DNA of 64,000 nucleotides from Phoronis australis (taxonomy: Eukaryota > Animalia > Phoronida): assembly GCA_002633005.1 (NCBI GenBank), contig NMRA01000099.1, positions 257,086 through 321,085 of the forward strand, read 5' to 3'. A program made the position numbers and the translations under genes. How positions within the stretch are numbered: position 1 is the first letter of the stretch; each line of letters begins with the position of its first letter. Under the pieces are notes generated by a model. It had not been told where the DNA came from and did not search any database. It saw only the letters and a program-made list of their open reading frames with translations. This document shows positions 25,771-38,500 of this stretch, piece by piece.

Positions 25771-25903
25771 CAATGGTGGTGGTGATCCTTTCCATATGTT
25801 CAATCAACTCTGGAATGTAGTCCAACTCTGTGTTCAGGGCATTCAATGCGTCTGCTTTTCCTTCACATGACAGATACAATTTGGAGATTTCAGAATCAAC
25901 TTC
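25771..25903 (-). CDS. DTNBP1: Dysbindin exon 4
   Basis: EVDSEISKLY...LDYIPELIEHMERIT; ttgcag| and g|gtgagc junctions. Confidence 0.88.
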
Positions 25904-26866
25904 CTGCAAAGCAAAATAAGACAATTTTATAACCTTATATTTACTTGAACTATCTACATATCTACATTACGTGAAAACAGAGGACACTTTCCAACGCAAA
26001 CCTCTACAAACAGAGAAGAAAGAGGCCATAGATGGTCACAAGAAATCAAAAGTATTCTTTTTCCTCAAGCAGTAATTTTGTGTTTTTGTAAAAAAATAAT
26101 TAAGTTTTGTGACAAAAACAACATTGCTGACAATGTAGTATAGTATTATCTGTCACTACCTGCTAAAAAGTAACCTTTGGTACATAAATCTGGAGTTATT
26201 GTAACATTTTTACCAAAGTCACAGATCAGCACCATGAAAGTATGACTGTAAATACTCAAAATTTTACCACCTTGTTTGATGGAAGATGTTCTTTACAAAA
26301 CATACTAACAGCAATATAAATTTCCTGGAAAATTGTTGATAAAGTTGATGAAATAAAATTACACTTGTCCACCATATTTATTGTGTTCCAAACTGAACAA
26401 TGTTTACCCTAATCTCAAAGCATGTCATTAGAATGTATCCTTCTCACAGTAAGAAGGCATTAATGCTGTATGATTTGTGGCGCACAACAAGGCAGATCAG
26501 ACATTTGACAAACGTATACGAGAGAAATTTTAAGATCATGGTGGATCAGACGTCTGATTCAACTTCTGATCAGACACTGCATTTGCCTTGGCTCTAAACT
26601 ACGTTATAGAAAATACTAATCAAGTCCTTGATAAACACTGTTTACCATTCAAATCCAACACGATTCAATATTTCTGCACTCCTACAGAGCGATGCTGTGT
26701 CTCCCAAAAACACAAGTCAGTTTTGGATTCGATGCATCCTCCTAAAGATCTAAAAATTATAACCCATTGTAGGTTACTTCTGGTCCTTGTCAGCATGACA
26801 TGACCCTTATCGTAAGCTTGTTCCGAAAATGTTGACTCTACATAAATATTTGGTAACATTTACTTA

Positions 26867-27021
26867 CAGGGGTCCCAGATTTTGAGAACCAGTTTAATGC
26901 TTGTTATTCCCAGTTTAATGCTCGTTATTTCCAGTTAAATGCTCGTTATTCCCAGTTAAATGCTCGTTAATCCCAGTTTGATGATCGTTATTCCGTAGAG
27001 AAAATCAGGGAACCCTACAGG
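26867..27021. mobile_element. Short MITE with internal 21-bp tandem repeat x5
   Basis: cag|gggtcccagatttt ... aaaatcagggaaccc termini enclosing (ccagtttaatgctcgttattc)n. Confidence 0.6.
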
Positions 27022-27075
27022 TGATTATTACCAGGTGTAAAATTTTAGTCTAAAAAGCGACACCCAAGTCTATAC

Positions 27076-27136
27076 CTCCGCCCTCTTGGCATTTTCTTCA
27101 GACTTTTGATGAAGATCCATCCAGTACTCTTGAAAC
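27076..27136 (-). CDS. DTNBP1: Dysbindin exon 3 (FQEYWMDLHQKSEENAKRAE)
   Basis: 61 nt, tctcag| and |gtatag junctions, phases 2/0; W..LH motif. Confidence 0.88.
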
Positions 27137-27758
27137 CTGAGAAATTAATTGAGTAAACGTTGATGAGAAAAGCAGAATTTCTATTACACATTCAAAACTT
27201 GTTGTAAGGTTCCAAAATTGACTGTTGTTAAATACAAGTTGCTGACTAACTATCCGCAAAGGCAATTTGAGCTAACAAAATGAATACAAGACTAATTTCA
27301 TGATCAGTAAAGTGATCGGTAATTCGATAGAATCTGACTACTCGTCAATCATGTTCCTCCATGTGATTAGAATTCAAACTTGTAGGTATACCATGAAAAT
27401 TCTCCAATTTGGGTCATTCTCTATAATTTAGGACACCAAAAATCAAGCCGAAACTGTAATTTCTAGATTCTGAAATTGGTTCATGGACGTTTTTGACATG
27501 CGTCACATTTCACAAGTACAGAACAGAGTTGCACTTTGTATCAACAGAGTTTGAAAACAGTCTCAAAAGTTCATAAAATTGTCAAAAATAGCCTCATCGA
27601 AAATGACCGTCGTAATTCTTGAACTTTGTATGGCCAATATTGACTTTTTCTGAAATTTGGTGGAATCTGCAGCCTGGAGCAAAATTGAAGGAGTGTCTAT
27701 CTTTACCAAGATGTTGACATGGTGTGAGGGGAACATGAGAAACAATGCACAGACTTAC

Positions 27759-27845
27759 CTGTTAAGAATCTCTGCCCCAGCATTCAGATTTACTTTATCA
27801 TCATCAACAACAATTTTCTTTTCTACTGAGGACAGCTTTTTGAAA
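27759..27845 (-). CDS. DTNBP1: Dysbindin exon 2 (FKKLSSVEKKIVVDDDKVNLNAGAEILNR)
   Basis: tttcag| and ag|gtaagt junctions; AG.E.L motif. Confidence 0.85.
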
Positions 27846-28147
27846 CTGAAATATTTAGAAATGAAAATCAGTAAGAACCAAAAATCCAACTGTAGTATAC
27901 CAGATCAGGATGACTAAGATCATTGCAGGTGGCAATTTTTAAAAAAAATTGATATTATCCAAAGGCATAAAACAAATGCAAGCTGATAAAAGAGGAACCA
28001 GCTGAGACAATGATAAATGACAGCAGAAAAAAGTAAATTGCACGAATCCATATAATTCTAAGAAACTGGAAATATCAGAGAAGTACGTAAAATGTGATTA
28101 ACAGATTCAGCTAGTTTGTCCATTTGATGAATGACTATAATGACAAC

Positions 28148-28675
28148 AACTGGCCGCAGTAGATATCGTGGCCATCCCATAGGCCCTCCATACCCGAAGC
28201 TTTTCGACGAATTATGCCTCACACTGATTAAAGTATCAGTCATGTTGGTATAAGTATCTTATGCGTACAGAAGGACACCTTGGGAGGCCATTCATGTCTT
28301 TAATTCCTTCCAACTCGAACAACTACCCTCATAATCAAACTTTTTTGAACAGTCCTTCGTTCAGCTGCCCAAATCGGCAACCAGCCATTTTAACACTGCT
28401 TGCGCCACGCTGGGATGTGACGTCATATCCCCTGGCGCGAGAAATGAAAATATACTAAGTTGCTGATTTGGGCAGCTGAGCAAAGGACTGTTCGAAAAAA
28501 TGTTGATTGTAGGAGTATTTGTTCTAGCTGGCAAGAGTTAAAGACATCAATGGCAAAAGGTACTTATGGCAACGTGTCATTGATAATTTAATCAGCGTGA
28601 GGCACAATTAGCCAAAAAGCTTGCGGTGTATGGAAGTCCTATGGGATGGCCACCGTCCCTACTGTGGCCAGTTGA
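28148..28675. mobile_element. ~530-bp imperfect full palindrome (older foldback MITE) centred on TGACGTCA
   Basis: caactggccgcagtag...gtggccatcccatagg mirrored by cctatgggatggccac...ctactgtggccagttg; arms homologous to those of 29538-30429. Confidence 0.8.
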
Positions 28676-29321
28676 GACAGCGGCCCTGTCAAACAATTAC
28701 CTAGCACTGGTGCAAAGCTTATTAGTACTAAATATAGAGCTTTGAGCCGATGTGTGAAAAAAACGGGCAAATAAAATTTGACACAAAATTAGTGTCATTA
28801 AAAACTACACTGTTCCTTGAGAACTAAATTATTTTCAAACATTTGAAAAATTGGCATTCTACCACTATTCATCTGCTAGTTTGTGAAGTGATCTTATGCG
28901 TTGGCTTTAGGCGCTATGAAAATATAGCATCACCTATTGGCCAGCTTCTTTTTTGACGATTATGTTCTTCTCTGTTCTTCTTCCACTAGCTTGCGTACAT
29001 GTGTCATGACAACAAATTATCGGAACTGGCCGCATTCAGTTGTTAGTATTTAATACCAGCCAACCTTGCTGCTGAGAAGCTGTCAATTTAGGAGATGGAG
29101 CGATCATGTGCCACCAGCGTACTGTTTTCAAAACAACAATGGACTTTGCTTTGTTACAAAAAGCAGAGAATTATGCAAGAAAATGACATTTATTAGACTG
29201 TTTTTCACTTGAACTTAAAGGGCTGCAAAGGGCAAGGTGAGTGTCAGTCGACTCCCAGATGTTGCATGCACTGCCGCCAGTCGTAAGGTCTTGTTGATGT
29301 AAGGGCACAAGCCGGAAATAA

Positions 29322-29431
29322 TGGGCCCTGACTTAGAGAACCAGGCAATCACTAAATAACGGCCCGTTATTTAATGAAATAACGACCCCGTTATTTAGTG
29401 GATGACACTGGTTCTCTAAATCAGGGTCCAT
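29322..29431. mobile_element. ~110-bp palindromic MITE
   Basis: tgggccctgacttagagaaccag..cactaaataacgg / ccgttatttagtg..ctggttctctaaatcagggtcca. Confidence 0.7.
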
Positions 29432-29537
29432 TATATCCGACTATAGCCGATGTAAGTTTCACAACAACATGACGAGCAGAACTATCCATGCCACGTGAAA
29501 TTTTGGGGTCTAACGGAGCTCAACACACAGTGGTTCC

Positions 29538-30429
29538 TAGGCAATGACCATCGCCTCTGTTGGCCCGAAGCAGAGGCGATGTAGAGGCTATAGGCGCTCT
29601 GTACGCCGGAAGCTTTTCGGCGAATTTTGCCTCGCACCGACTAAACCATCAAAGTCACGTTGTTATAAATACCTTTTGCGCATAGAGGAACACCTTAGGA
29701 GGTTGTCGATGTGTTTAATTCCTTCCAACTCGAACAAATACTCCCGTTATGAAACTTTTTCTTCGAGCAGTCCCTATTTCAGTTCCCAAAATCGTGAACT
29801 CACCATTTTTATACTGCGCACGCTCCAATTCATGACCTCAATCTTTAAATAGGCCAAAGGTGAGCCATTGCGGTCTTGTCAGTCAAATGTTCGTTTCCAA
29901 AATGCCACCACTTATACTTGTCTTTAATTGGCGTTACTTGAAACTGATTGTATTTCAATGAATCATTGTTTGTATTTGATAAAAATAAATGCTGTTGATA
30001 TGACATTTAATAGTCTTTGTGCACATATTTGACATTTTAATGTTTAACAACACGGCAAATGCACGGCTGGTTCCCGGCAGCACGTACGCGAAGGGCGGGA
30101 ACTTCAGCTTTCAAAGTTCGCCGGTAGGTCCGCAACTTCTGACCTTCGGCCTGGTTAAAAAAATGAAAAAGTTGATTTCACGATTTTGGGAACTGAAATA
30201 GGGACTGCTCGAAGAAAAAGTTTCATAACGGGAGTATTTGTTCGAGTTGGAAGGAATTAAACACATCGACAACCTCCTAAGGCGTTCCTCTATGCGCAAA
30301 AGGTATTTATAACTTTGATGGTTTAGTCGGTGCGAGGCATAATTCGCCGAAAAGCTTCCGGCGTACAGAGAGCCTGTAGCCTCTACATCGCCTCTGCTTC
30401 GGGCCAACAGAGGCGATGGTCATTGCCTA
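29538..30429. mobile_element. Young MULE/Foldback-type non-autonomous element, ~270-bp TIRs, 9-bp TSD AGTGGTTCC
   Basis: AGTGGTTCC(29529-37)|TAGGCAATGACCATCGCC ... GGCGATGGTCATTGCCTA|AGTGGTTCC(30430-38); arms nearly identical. Confidence 0.9.
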
Positions 30430-30496
30430 AGTGGTTCCTAGCTGTATGACGACACTTCATTCATCTAACGAGCTGTCTGGCAAACAATTGAATTAC

Positions 30497-30558
30497 CTAG
30501 CACTGACACCATGCTGCACCGACTGCAGCGTGCCTTTGATGCTCTTGAAAACACTCAT
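30497..30558 (-). CDS. DTNBP1: Dysbindin exon 1 (MSVFKSIKGTLQSVQHGVSAS)
   Basis: ATG at 30558, ag|gtaatt donor phase 2 matching exon 2; resembles the dysbindin N-terminus (M....R..L.SVQ). Confidence 0.82.
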
Positions 30559-31939
30559 CGTCAATAATATGGAAGTCCCTTAACGAACAAGAAGATCAAA
30601 CCGCAAGTGTCCTGGGAACACTAGACACGTAACCTGTCTATAAATCAGTACACCGTACGGAAACGCTTTACATCTCCGCCTTCACATGACTTGTGTGGTG
30701 CAACAATAATCAGGCTAGTTATCTATCGATGGATCCCAGAACAAAAACAACACCAGAGCCTAGTTCTTTCCTGCCAATGACAGAATGTGTTATGAAAAAA
30801 GATGTACTAATTTCTTGCGCTTGGGCGTTTTTTTGGAGACTATGAGCTCCCTTTCCGACATTAATTACATGCTGTCCCGGGGGGTACTTGGCTATATTTT
30901 TAACGGGGGTGCACTTGAAAAATAGGATTTGACGGTACCCATCTAGAGAGTGGACTCGTAAAAAGAAACGCATTTGAAAGAAGCTAACATTCTCCTTTTG
31001 TAGACAGTAGATCCCTTAAATTTAAGGCCAAAAGCCGCACAAAGTTGGCTATGGCTCTTTACCGACCTAACTCATTCAGTTGAGAACTGCGCTCATGGAA
31101 GAACCTAAATAGCCACAATTTACAACAGGACTAAAAAAGAACGCCCGCCTGCATCACTTTTTACTGAAGGTCTCGTGTTTTTTTTTTTTTTTTTTTGAAA
31201 AGATGCACAAAGGCACGTAAACAAGAGTTAGCATGGTTTGCCGAAACGCTAATAATTTGTCAACCGGAGAGTAAAACAGAATGAATCATCGTTTTGCTCA
31301 TCTCAGATGGATTTTCTTTTTGTAATTGAAGTAAAAATCCCCCTACCACCGGCCTGATTTTGAAAAAAAAAATAATGGCTTAATATATGCATAACACATT
31401 CCTATGGATTCTTAGATAGTTGAGCTTTTAATCCAATTAGCCCAAAACAGTTGTTTTACGATACTGATAATATCCGCCGAAAAACCCTTGTAGGGTTTGA
31501 GTATAAGTTGGAAAAGGAAACTAAAAAGAGTTTTCTTTGTTGTTTGTCGAAAAGGCAGGGAGGGAAACTTCGTGCAAAGTCACCGCTCAAGTTGTCTGCG
31601 GCACGCACCCCGAATGTCTCTACTATGGAAGTACACCCTCGGACTTGTTGTACACTCGGCTTGCCCGCGGCGTGTGGTAGTTTTCGGTAGACCCCCGCTC
31701 CAGAAAAAAGTAATAGGAGTGATTGTCGTGCAGTGACCCTAGTCTCCTCCGGGAACTTTAAAGAGTAAACGTTTTGTTTGCGTAGGGCTGTCATAACAAA
31801 AATATATTTTTGTTATTCGTCGTGCGCAATATCAAATTCCTGTTACCTACGTAATCGGTATCTAAAGTTCCCTTTAGTTGCTCATTGATGATTGTCATAA
31901 CATGTACCTACATGTAAAGCCTAATTGGTAATTATTATT

Positions 31940-32275
31940 CAGTGGCAGATCTAGGATATCACAAGGGGGGGCAACATTTTGTCTGTTAACATTTGCACAA
32001 AAACTATTGTAGATGCGCGCATAGCACCGAATGGGGGGAGGTCGGGCCCCCCTCCCGCCCAGGAAATTTTTCTGTTTTTTCCTCTAAAAATCAAGCATTT
32101 TCCTTGATTCCTGAAGTTTTATCCAAGAAAAACAGGCAAAAAAAACAAAAAAAAAAACAAACAACAACAACACGGAGAACGTGTCAAACAAGAAAAACTA
32201 CAGTTACCACAGACTCGAACTCACGACCTGACGGATACAGCGCGCGTGCTTTGCCACTGCACCACCACGCTTTAA
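31940..32275 (+). mobile_element. hAT-like MITE end fused to an antisense tRNA-derived unit; second copy inverted at 62530-62853
   Basis: CAGTGGCAGATCTAGGATATCACAAGGGGGGG start; the minus strand of 32205-32270 has A-box TGGTGCAGTGG and B-box GTTCGAGTC. Confidence 0.7.
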
Positions 32276-33632
32276 CCCCCACTCAGATTCCATTTTCTTT
32301 TGAAGTAAGTGGATCAGAAGACGGAAACGGAGTCGTAGTGCGTAGCGCCACTGTCGGTCGCCTGGGATATCGCGGGAGAGCCTAATGTATACTTAGCCAT
32401 AGTTCCAATACGATTGCGCCGTGTTCCAAATTTGACACTTGAAATNGTCTAGCAGGGGAAGGTACAAGATATAGCACTCTTTATTAGCCAAAGCAGCATA
32501 CAGTGAAAACCACGGGATAAATTTCTAATTTTCCTTTATGGGAGCGCTGTGATTGTGACACTAAATCCCAATACCAATTTTTTGTTATATAGATTTCTCT
32601 TCAGTAACATATCTTCTTATTTGGAGTGACCTCCCCTTTCGTAAAAAGCAGGATTCGTCCACGTATATTAATTTTCGTAACACGAACTTTTATCCTTATT
32701 TACCTTCCTTATAACACTCCCGTGTAACGTTTGAAAGTAAGCCTCAGCAAAAAAAAATGAAACAGGAGTTCAGCTCCATGGATTTGACAATTAGTTTAGT
32801 ATCAGTTAAATTCACAGTCTGCAGTCAAAAACAAGTTTCTTCAAGCTTATGTGCAGGCGTATTTGTTCTTTTAAACCATCGTCATCGCACTCACCATTTG
32901 TTTGATCTCAAATTGGTTACAATAAAATTCCCTGGCAACAATAGTGCATGAAAAGGACTGAAAGTAGACCCGCCGGGTGACGCTGGCAGCACATGGTTGC
33001 CGGAACGAGCATGCTCTGTAGCAATGATAATGGACGGTCACTCGTTCTCAAGCCCAAAAATCAGTTCTAATCTGAGAAAGAGACAAAATGAAATTCATTA
33101 CGATAAGGGGTCTAAAAAAGTTGGATGCTATTGGTTTTGAATTTGTGCCGCAAGACTATTCTAATCAATGCCACCACCCGCGTCCCTGATCGGGAACGAG
33201 CTGTGACGTTAGCTCTGTGCACATGGATATGACTGTGGAGATTAATCTAAGGCAAGCGAAGACCGATTTGGGGATTATATGGAAGGTATTTAAAATGAGA
33301 ACGTTTTTGTAAGAATTTGTCAGAAAATAGTAAAAATGTTCACTTTCTATCTAAACAATCATCATTCTTTCGCCATCATCGCCGTCACCCCCTCTCCTCC
33401 CCATCCCCCTCCCCCTTCCCCCGCGTCATCACCATCGGGCTAACAGCACCCAAATTTCATTTGGCCAAACAATATTGTGGTATGACAATCACAAGAAAAC
33501 CTTGACTAAAGAATATATTTCCATTCTTGCAGATTGCTTAAATTCTAGAGAATAGCTGCAACAGGTATTGGGAAAACATAACCAGGTTTCCCTCTGAGAT
33601 AATGCTCCGCATTTAATTACATTTCCGCTGTG

Positions 33633-33674
33633 CTATATAAGTCGACACTCCACACAGGTGTGTATTCAACACCT
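33633..33674 (+). promoter_or_regulatory. Candidate T-box gene core promoter: TATA box followed by inverted T-box half-sites
   Basis: CTATATAAG at 33633-33641, then AGGTGTG(33656)-tattc-AACACCT(33674), about 45 bp upstream of the ATG. Confidence 0.45.
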
Positions 33675-33719
33675 TTGTATTGTTGCAGTTGGTCGCGTTT
33701 GCCGCTGGGCGGATCCAAG

Positions 33720-33927
33720 ATGTTATCAGTAGACGTTCAAGATATATCCGAGGAAGATTGGATTAAAGACTGCGGATCTTACATGCCGCGTGATCATGTG
33801 CAAAAAATGATGAGCCCTCGGTGCGCCTTTCCCGACAGTTGGTACCCCGCATTTCCCTGCCTGCCACCAATCCCGCCACAAATTATCCAAATAGACCAAG
33901 CACAGCATTTCGAAGAGACCAACACAG
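33720..33927 (+). CDS. T-box gene exon 1 (MLSVDVQD...EETNT)
   Basis: aagATG context, Pro-rich open frame, g|gtatga donor phase 1 matching exon 2. Confidence 0.7.
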
Positions 33928-34489
33928 GTATGACATTTAGCATTGAAAAATGGAAATCATTTAATGTGAATCGTTTCATAAGTAGAATTATTCGTTGGAT
34001 ACCGGTAATAAACGAGTTCGTTTTCAGACGGCTAACCAGAAACAGGTAGCATGGCAGCTGAGGGTCACGCTACGTATTTTCAAAAATCTCACGAGTAAAG
34101 CCATCGTGGTCACGTGCCTCTTTTCCAAGAGTTGTTACGCTTTTTCACTAAGAAAACCGTGATAGGAGTGTAATATGCACTTTAACAACTCAGCTCTCAG
34201 GAAATGTACACATACGCCATTTTCGAAGTCGCAATTTTAGGGTTGGCCAACTCCGACGCGTTTTCTTGCTGGAGTCGCTGATGGTTTCAATATTCTATGA
34301 TAAGATGTATTACGAAACAGGTTTAATGAGAATAAAACGCCCAATTCGATATTCGTTTTTTGGCAACCAAACTGGGGGAAATGCAGTTTTAAATAATGGG
34401 TGGCCTACACATGTGCGTGATTTTTTAGGTCCAAGGGAAGCGTTTGACCACATGTAGATTACTAGCGCCTTCTTGTTGTGTTTTTTGTC

Positions 34490-34643
34490 CTGGGCCCAGT
34501 TGCATAAAAGTTATACGCGGCACAGCAACAATGACGTTGCATTATCGCGCCCAACTTTCTTATTGTTGAACAATGCGCCTGCCGTCACGCAACAATCAAA
34601 CTTATCCAGCAGATAATTTTGAAGTTTTATGCAACCCAGCCCT
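34490..34643. mobile_element. PIF/Harbinger-type MITE with CTG target duplication
   Basis: CTG|GGCCCAGTTGCATAAAA ... TTTTATGCAACCCAGCC|CTG. Confidence 0.65.
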
Positions 34644-35325
34644 GGTCTGTTCCCAGAGATTTGACGAATTAAGCATTTGCATTTCAGCATAAAAATAGTG
34701 CTATTTTTCCTATACCGTCATATTTTTGGAAGGTTAATTATGGAAAACAATCCAGCCTATATCATGACACTGCCCATGGCCACGCATTCTTTCGTTCGAC
34801 GACAACCTCTTGTGTTTTCCAAAGTAGAAGTTCGAAAACGTGTTTGCACATACCCTGATACAGCTTACGTATACATGCTCTGTTTAATTTGTTTTTAAAC
34901 GTTGGTAATTGGTTCGTTTAGTGCAAAAGAAACCTGCCACAGCGTATTCTTGGGAACCTGCACCCTACACCTATTAGTAACGATGAAGCTATACATTCGT
35001 TCGTTCTTTGACATACCATTGTAATGTGCTAAATAGGTATTAATAAAATCTCCCTGACACTTATTTATTGCGGTCAATTTCAATGTCACCAGACTATCTA
35101 GATAGCTACAAGGTACGTGATAGTTTTCTTTGCTTGCAACACTAAAAGAGGATTAGCTATTGAATTACGTCACAATTGTCTACTTAAAGCGGTGCCCGTA
35201 TGGCGAGAGATGTTTCGACGATAGGTCGAGCCGATGTACTAAAATGAAAGGATAAATAACCTAACTCACTCGATTCGTTCGCGCGAAAGAAATTATTGCC
35301 ACTCTGTCTGATTGTTTATTGCCAG

Positions 35326-35512
35326 CGATCGGAGTCACAGAAGCCGCGTCTCATCCGGCGGCGGGCAGAGAAGTCCACGAGGGCCCGCACGTCGACACGT
35401 TTAGACGAGGAAGCATGGCAGAGCAAAATATTTCCGTGGCATTGGAACACAAGCAATTGTGGGAAGAGTTTCATGCGTTGGGTACGGAGATGATCATTAC
35501 AAAAACGGGCAG
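35326..35512 (+). CDS. T-box gene exon 2 (start of T-box: [24 protein letters not shown])
   Basis: Invariant T-box N-terminal motif; gccag| and ag|gtgagt junctions. Confidence 0.95.
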
Positions 35513-38500
35513 GTGAGTGATGTCTACTAAATTAGCAGTCAAATGTACTTCCAATAAAAGTAGTCCAGTGCAAGAACAAGATATATACAAAGCTTAATTT
35601 TACATCAGAACAAACAGCATTAAGCACAACGGGTTATTTTCCAACTAACAAACAGAAACAAAGTAGACAAAAAATCCTACACAAAAGAGACGGGTATCCT
35701 AGATTCATTTACTCGAGATCGAACTCGAAAATATTTTTGCCCTTTTCCGTGCAGTCTCTTAATACGAACGTGAGATAATTATTTATTAACTTGTTCTTGA
35801 ACCCGGAATGGATTTCGCAAACCACTGTGAAGTTCAAATTCGCATTTGATGATCCCCGGATTCGAGCTGCTAAGTCCGAGAAAAAAATCGAGATTTCGAG
35901 CACAACTCGAGATTTCGAGTTCAGACCCGAACTTTGATGCTGAGGCCATCAAGCGCAAAATAGGATTACACTGTTATCCATGTAAATCATAATGTACTCA
36001 AGCACAGAATGAAAGACAGTTATCTTGAATTCACTCCAACGTAGAACAGAAAATGAAGTTAGATTTCGAGTAAGATAATAGGTCCGGGGCACAGATTTAG
36101 AGTTTGGGCTACAACATGTACATAGTATAAAAGAACATATTTCCAAGAAAATATAACAGAGCTTTGTATAATGCACGGAAAGTGCATTAAACAACAACGC
36201 AGGTTATCTGAGGCTACAATTAAATTGTTTCCCAGTCTAAACCCGCTGAAGTCCCTGAAACACCTTGGAAAATTTAGCTAATGTGGTGGAATTGTGGAGA
36301 CTTTTCTAGACCTGGGCAGAAGTGAGCCGAAATGACGCCTTCTCATGTTTTCCTGAACTCGTGACGGTAATACAAACCAAAAAACGATCTTGAGGCGTTT
36401 GACCACATTGTGGTGGCGAACAGAATGTTTGTCTTCACTCAGTTGGACGAGGCCTTTTGATATTAACGCCAAAGGGTCATTTTTGGTTTGTATACTAGTA
36501 GTGCCCTTTACTTTCAGTTTACAGTTCCCTACGGGATTTTGTGAATTTCAAACACCATGATTTGGATACGACCCCGTAAATGAAGAATAAAAATTGTTAA
36601 TCATCATTTGTTTATCATTTTATACCCGATAGTGATAATTAACGGAAGTTGAGTTTAAAAACAAATTACTTACTAATGTGTAAATGTTTAGCATCGTTTT
36701 CAAAGTAACAAACCGTTTAATTTTTGTGATCGTCTGTTGGTTCATTTATGCAAACTCATGCTTCGAACTGGTTGTTTGGTCATGGAGAAGGCATTCGTTG
36801 GTCTTTTTTCTAATTTTTAGAGCCTTTATCAATTATGACACCAGACAAGGTTCCAATTGCTAAATACCTACCTCGCTACTTTCTGACTTTTCATTTGCTT
36901 TTGCTTAAGTCTATACGGGAAAGGTAATGTTATTGATGAATAAATGAAAAAGTAGTATTTTAACACGTTGGTATTTTAATCAGGTAAAATTAAGATATCT
37001 GATAAAAATTAGCGTTTTGAAACGCCGGCTGTCAATCAAGACACTGGCGCCGTTCATCGCTTAATCCCTGTGCTTCTCCAGTTCAAAATTCATTTAATTA
37101 AATCGTGGACGCGGACGTAATCCTTGAAATTAATTCAAAGTTAATTTAAAGAATACTATCAGTTTATCAATTTTAAGGTCCGCGTTCTCTGGTGAACATC
37201 ATTTCAATGCAGTCGTGTTCGTCAGAACCGATTGGATAGAATACACGGAGCCTAATAATTTACTTCACGGCATGTTTTTTTTCAGTACCAACATCGAGCT
37301 TGCATACGTAATCATGAATATAACATCAACATTGAAAATAATACACAAACTATTCAAGGGTGCACGGATGGCACGATATGCAGGTAGACAAAAATGAACA
37401 GAATTAAAAAGTTATTCAGGTGATTCGTTCAACAATGAAAAGATTGGACGATGAGTAGTATACATTGAAAAAAACGCACCAGTATCTAAGTCCGATCGAA
37501 GAGACTTTGTTTAAAATTTGTTCTCTTGCCATATTGACATTCAGTTGTTGCATAATGATGCCTATGTCAAGCCTGTATTATGAAGTCAAACGCACGTTTC
37601 GAGACAAAGCACTCGTATTGGTGGGTCTCTTATTAAATGATAGTACGAAAAATATATTGTACAATAATTGAAGGTAATCCCAGTGGTCGCTGAAAGCATT
37701 ATATTATACATGTATGAAGGCATTATATTATACATGTATCTGAAGTTAGTTAAGATTATAAAAAACTGAATAGCGGACCGGGAGAATGCCAAGGAAGGTT
37801 TCTCCGACAATTTCTTTCTGAAATCAGTGGGTTACATCTATGGCTGTGTTTTCCAATCCCAACATGCCACACCTTCACGGCGTCACAGATTTCTGCACCC
37901 GCTGAACTTTAATACGTCTAATTAAACCGAGTACTCAACAACACGTGGTTCTTAATATCTCCACATAGACACATAAATGACACTTTATGCTGTTAGCCCA
38001 GTGCCAGAAACTAACCATAAAACTAGCTTCTCCTTTCATTCCCTTTCTCTTGTTGTGCGCTGTTTCAGAATCCCTTTATTCGCATTGTTGCAGACTCCGC
38101 GGAAACCGTAATTAAATCGAAGGCGTGAAGTGAGATACGACGATTCGATGACCGAGTCGCGATTCTGCTATTGTGAGTTTACGATCAAGGAATGTCGCCT
38201 GCGGCAATATTCTCACACTTATGTTGGCTCTCAGATCTGGCAAAATTGGTCTACAGTTTGACAGCAAATTGTGTTAAAAAGTGTAAAGTGTTTCGTGACG
38301 TCATGGGTCATAAAATCAATGTTGAATTCCTGACTGAATCATTTTCAGTGGGGTTTAAAAATAGTGACACACTCATCGGATCTTGAATGTTGTTGACGAA
38401 TAAACCAGCAAGTCAAGTTAAAGTCAACGCATGCATGCGCCATTTTCGAACTGGCCAATGATTCTCAATAACTCCAGAGCGTTTCCTAAAGTTTCTGATG

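Noticed and set aside
29544-30407. Two ~100-aa ORFs on opposite strands sharing a peptide
   Set aside because: By-product of the inverted arms of the foldback element; no transposase motifs.
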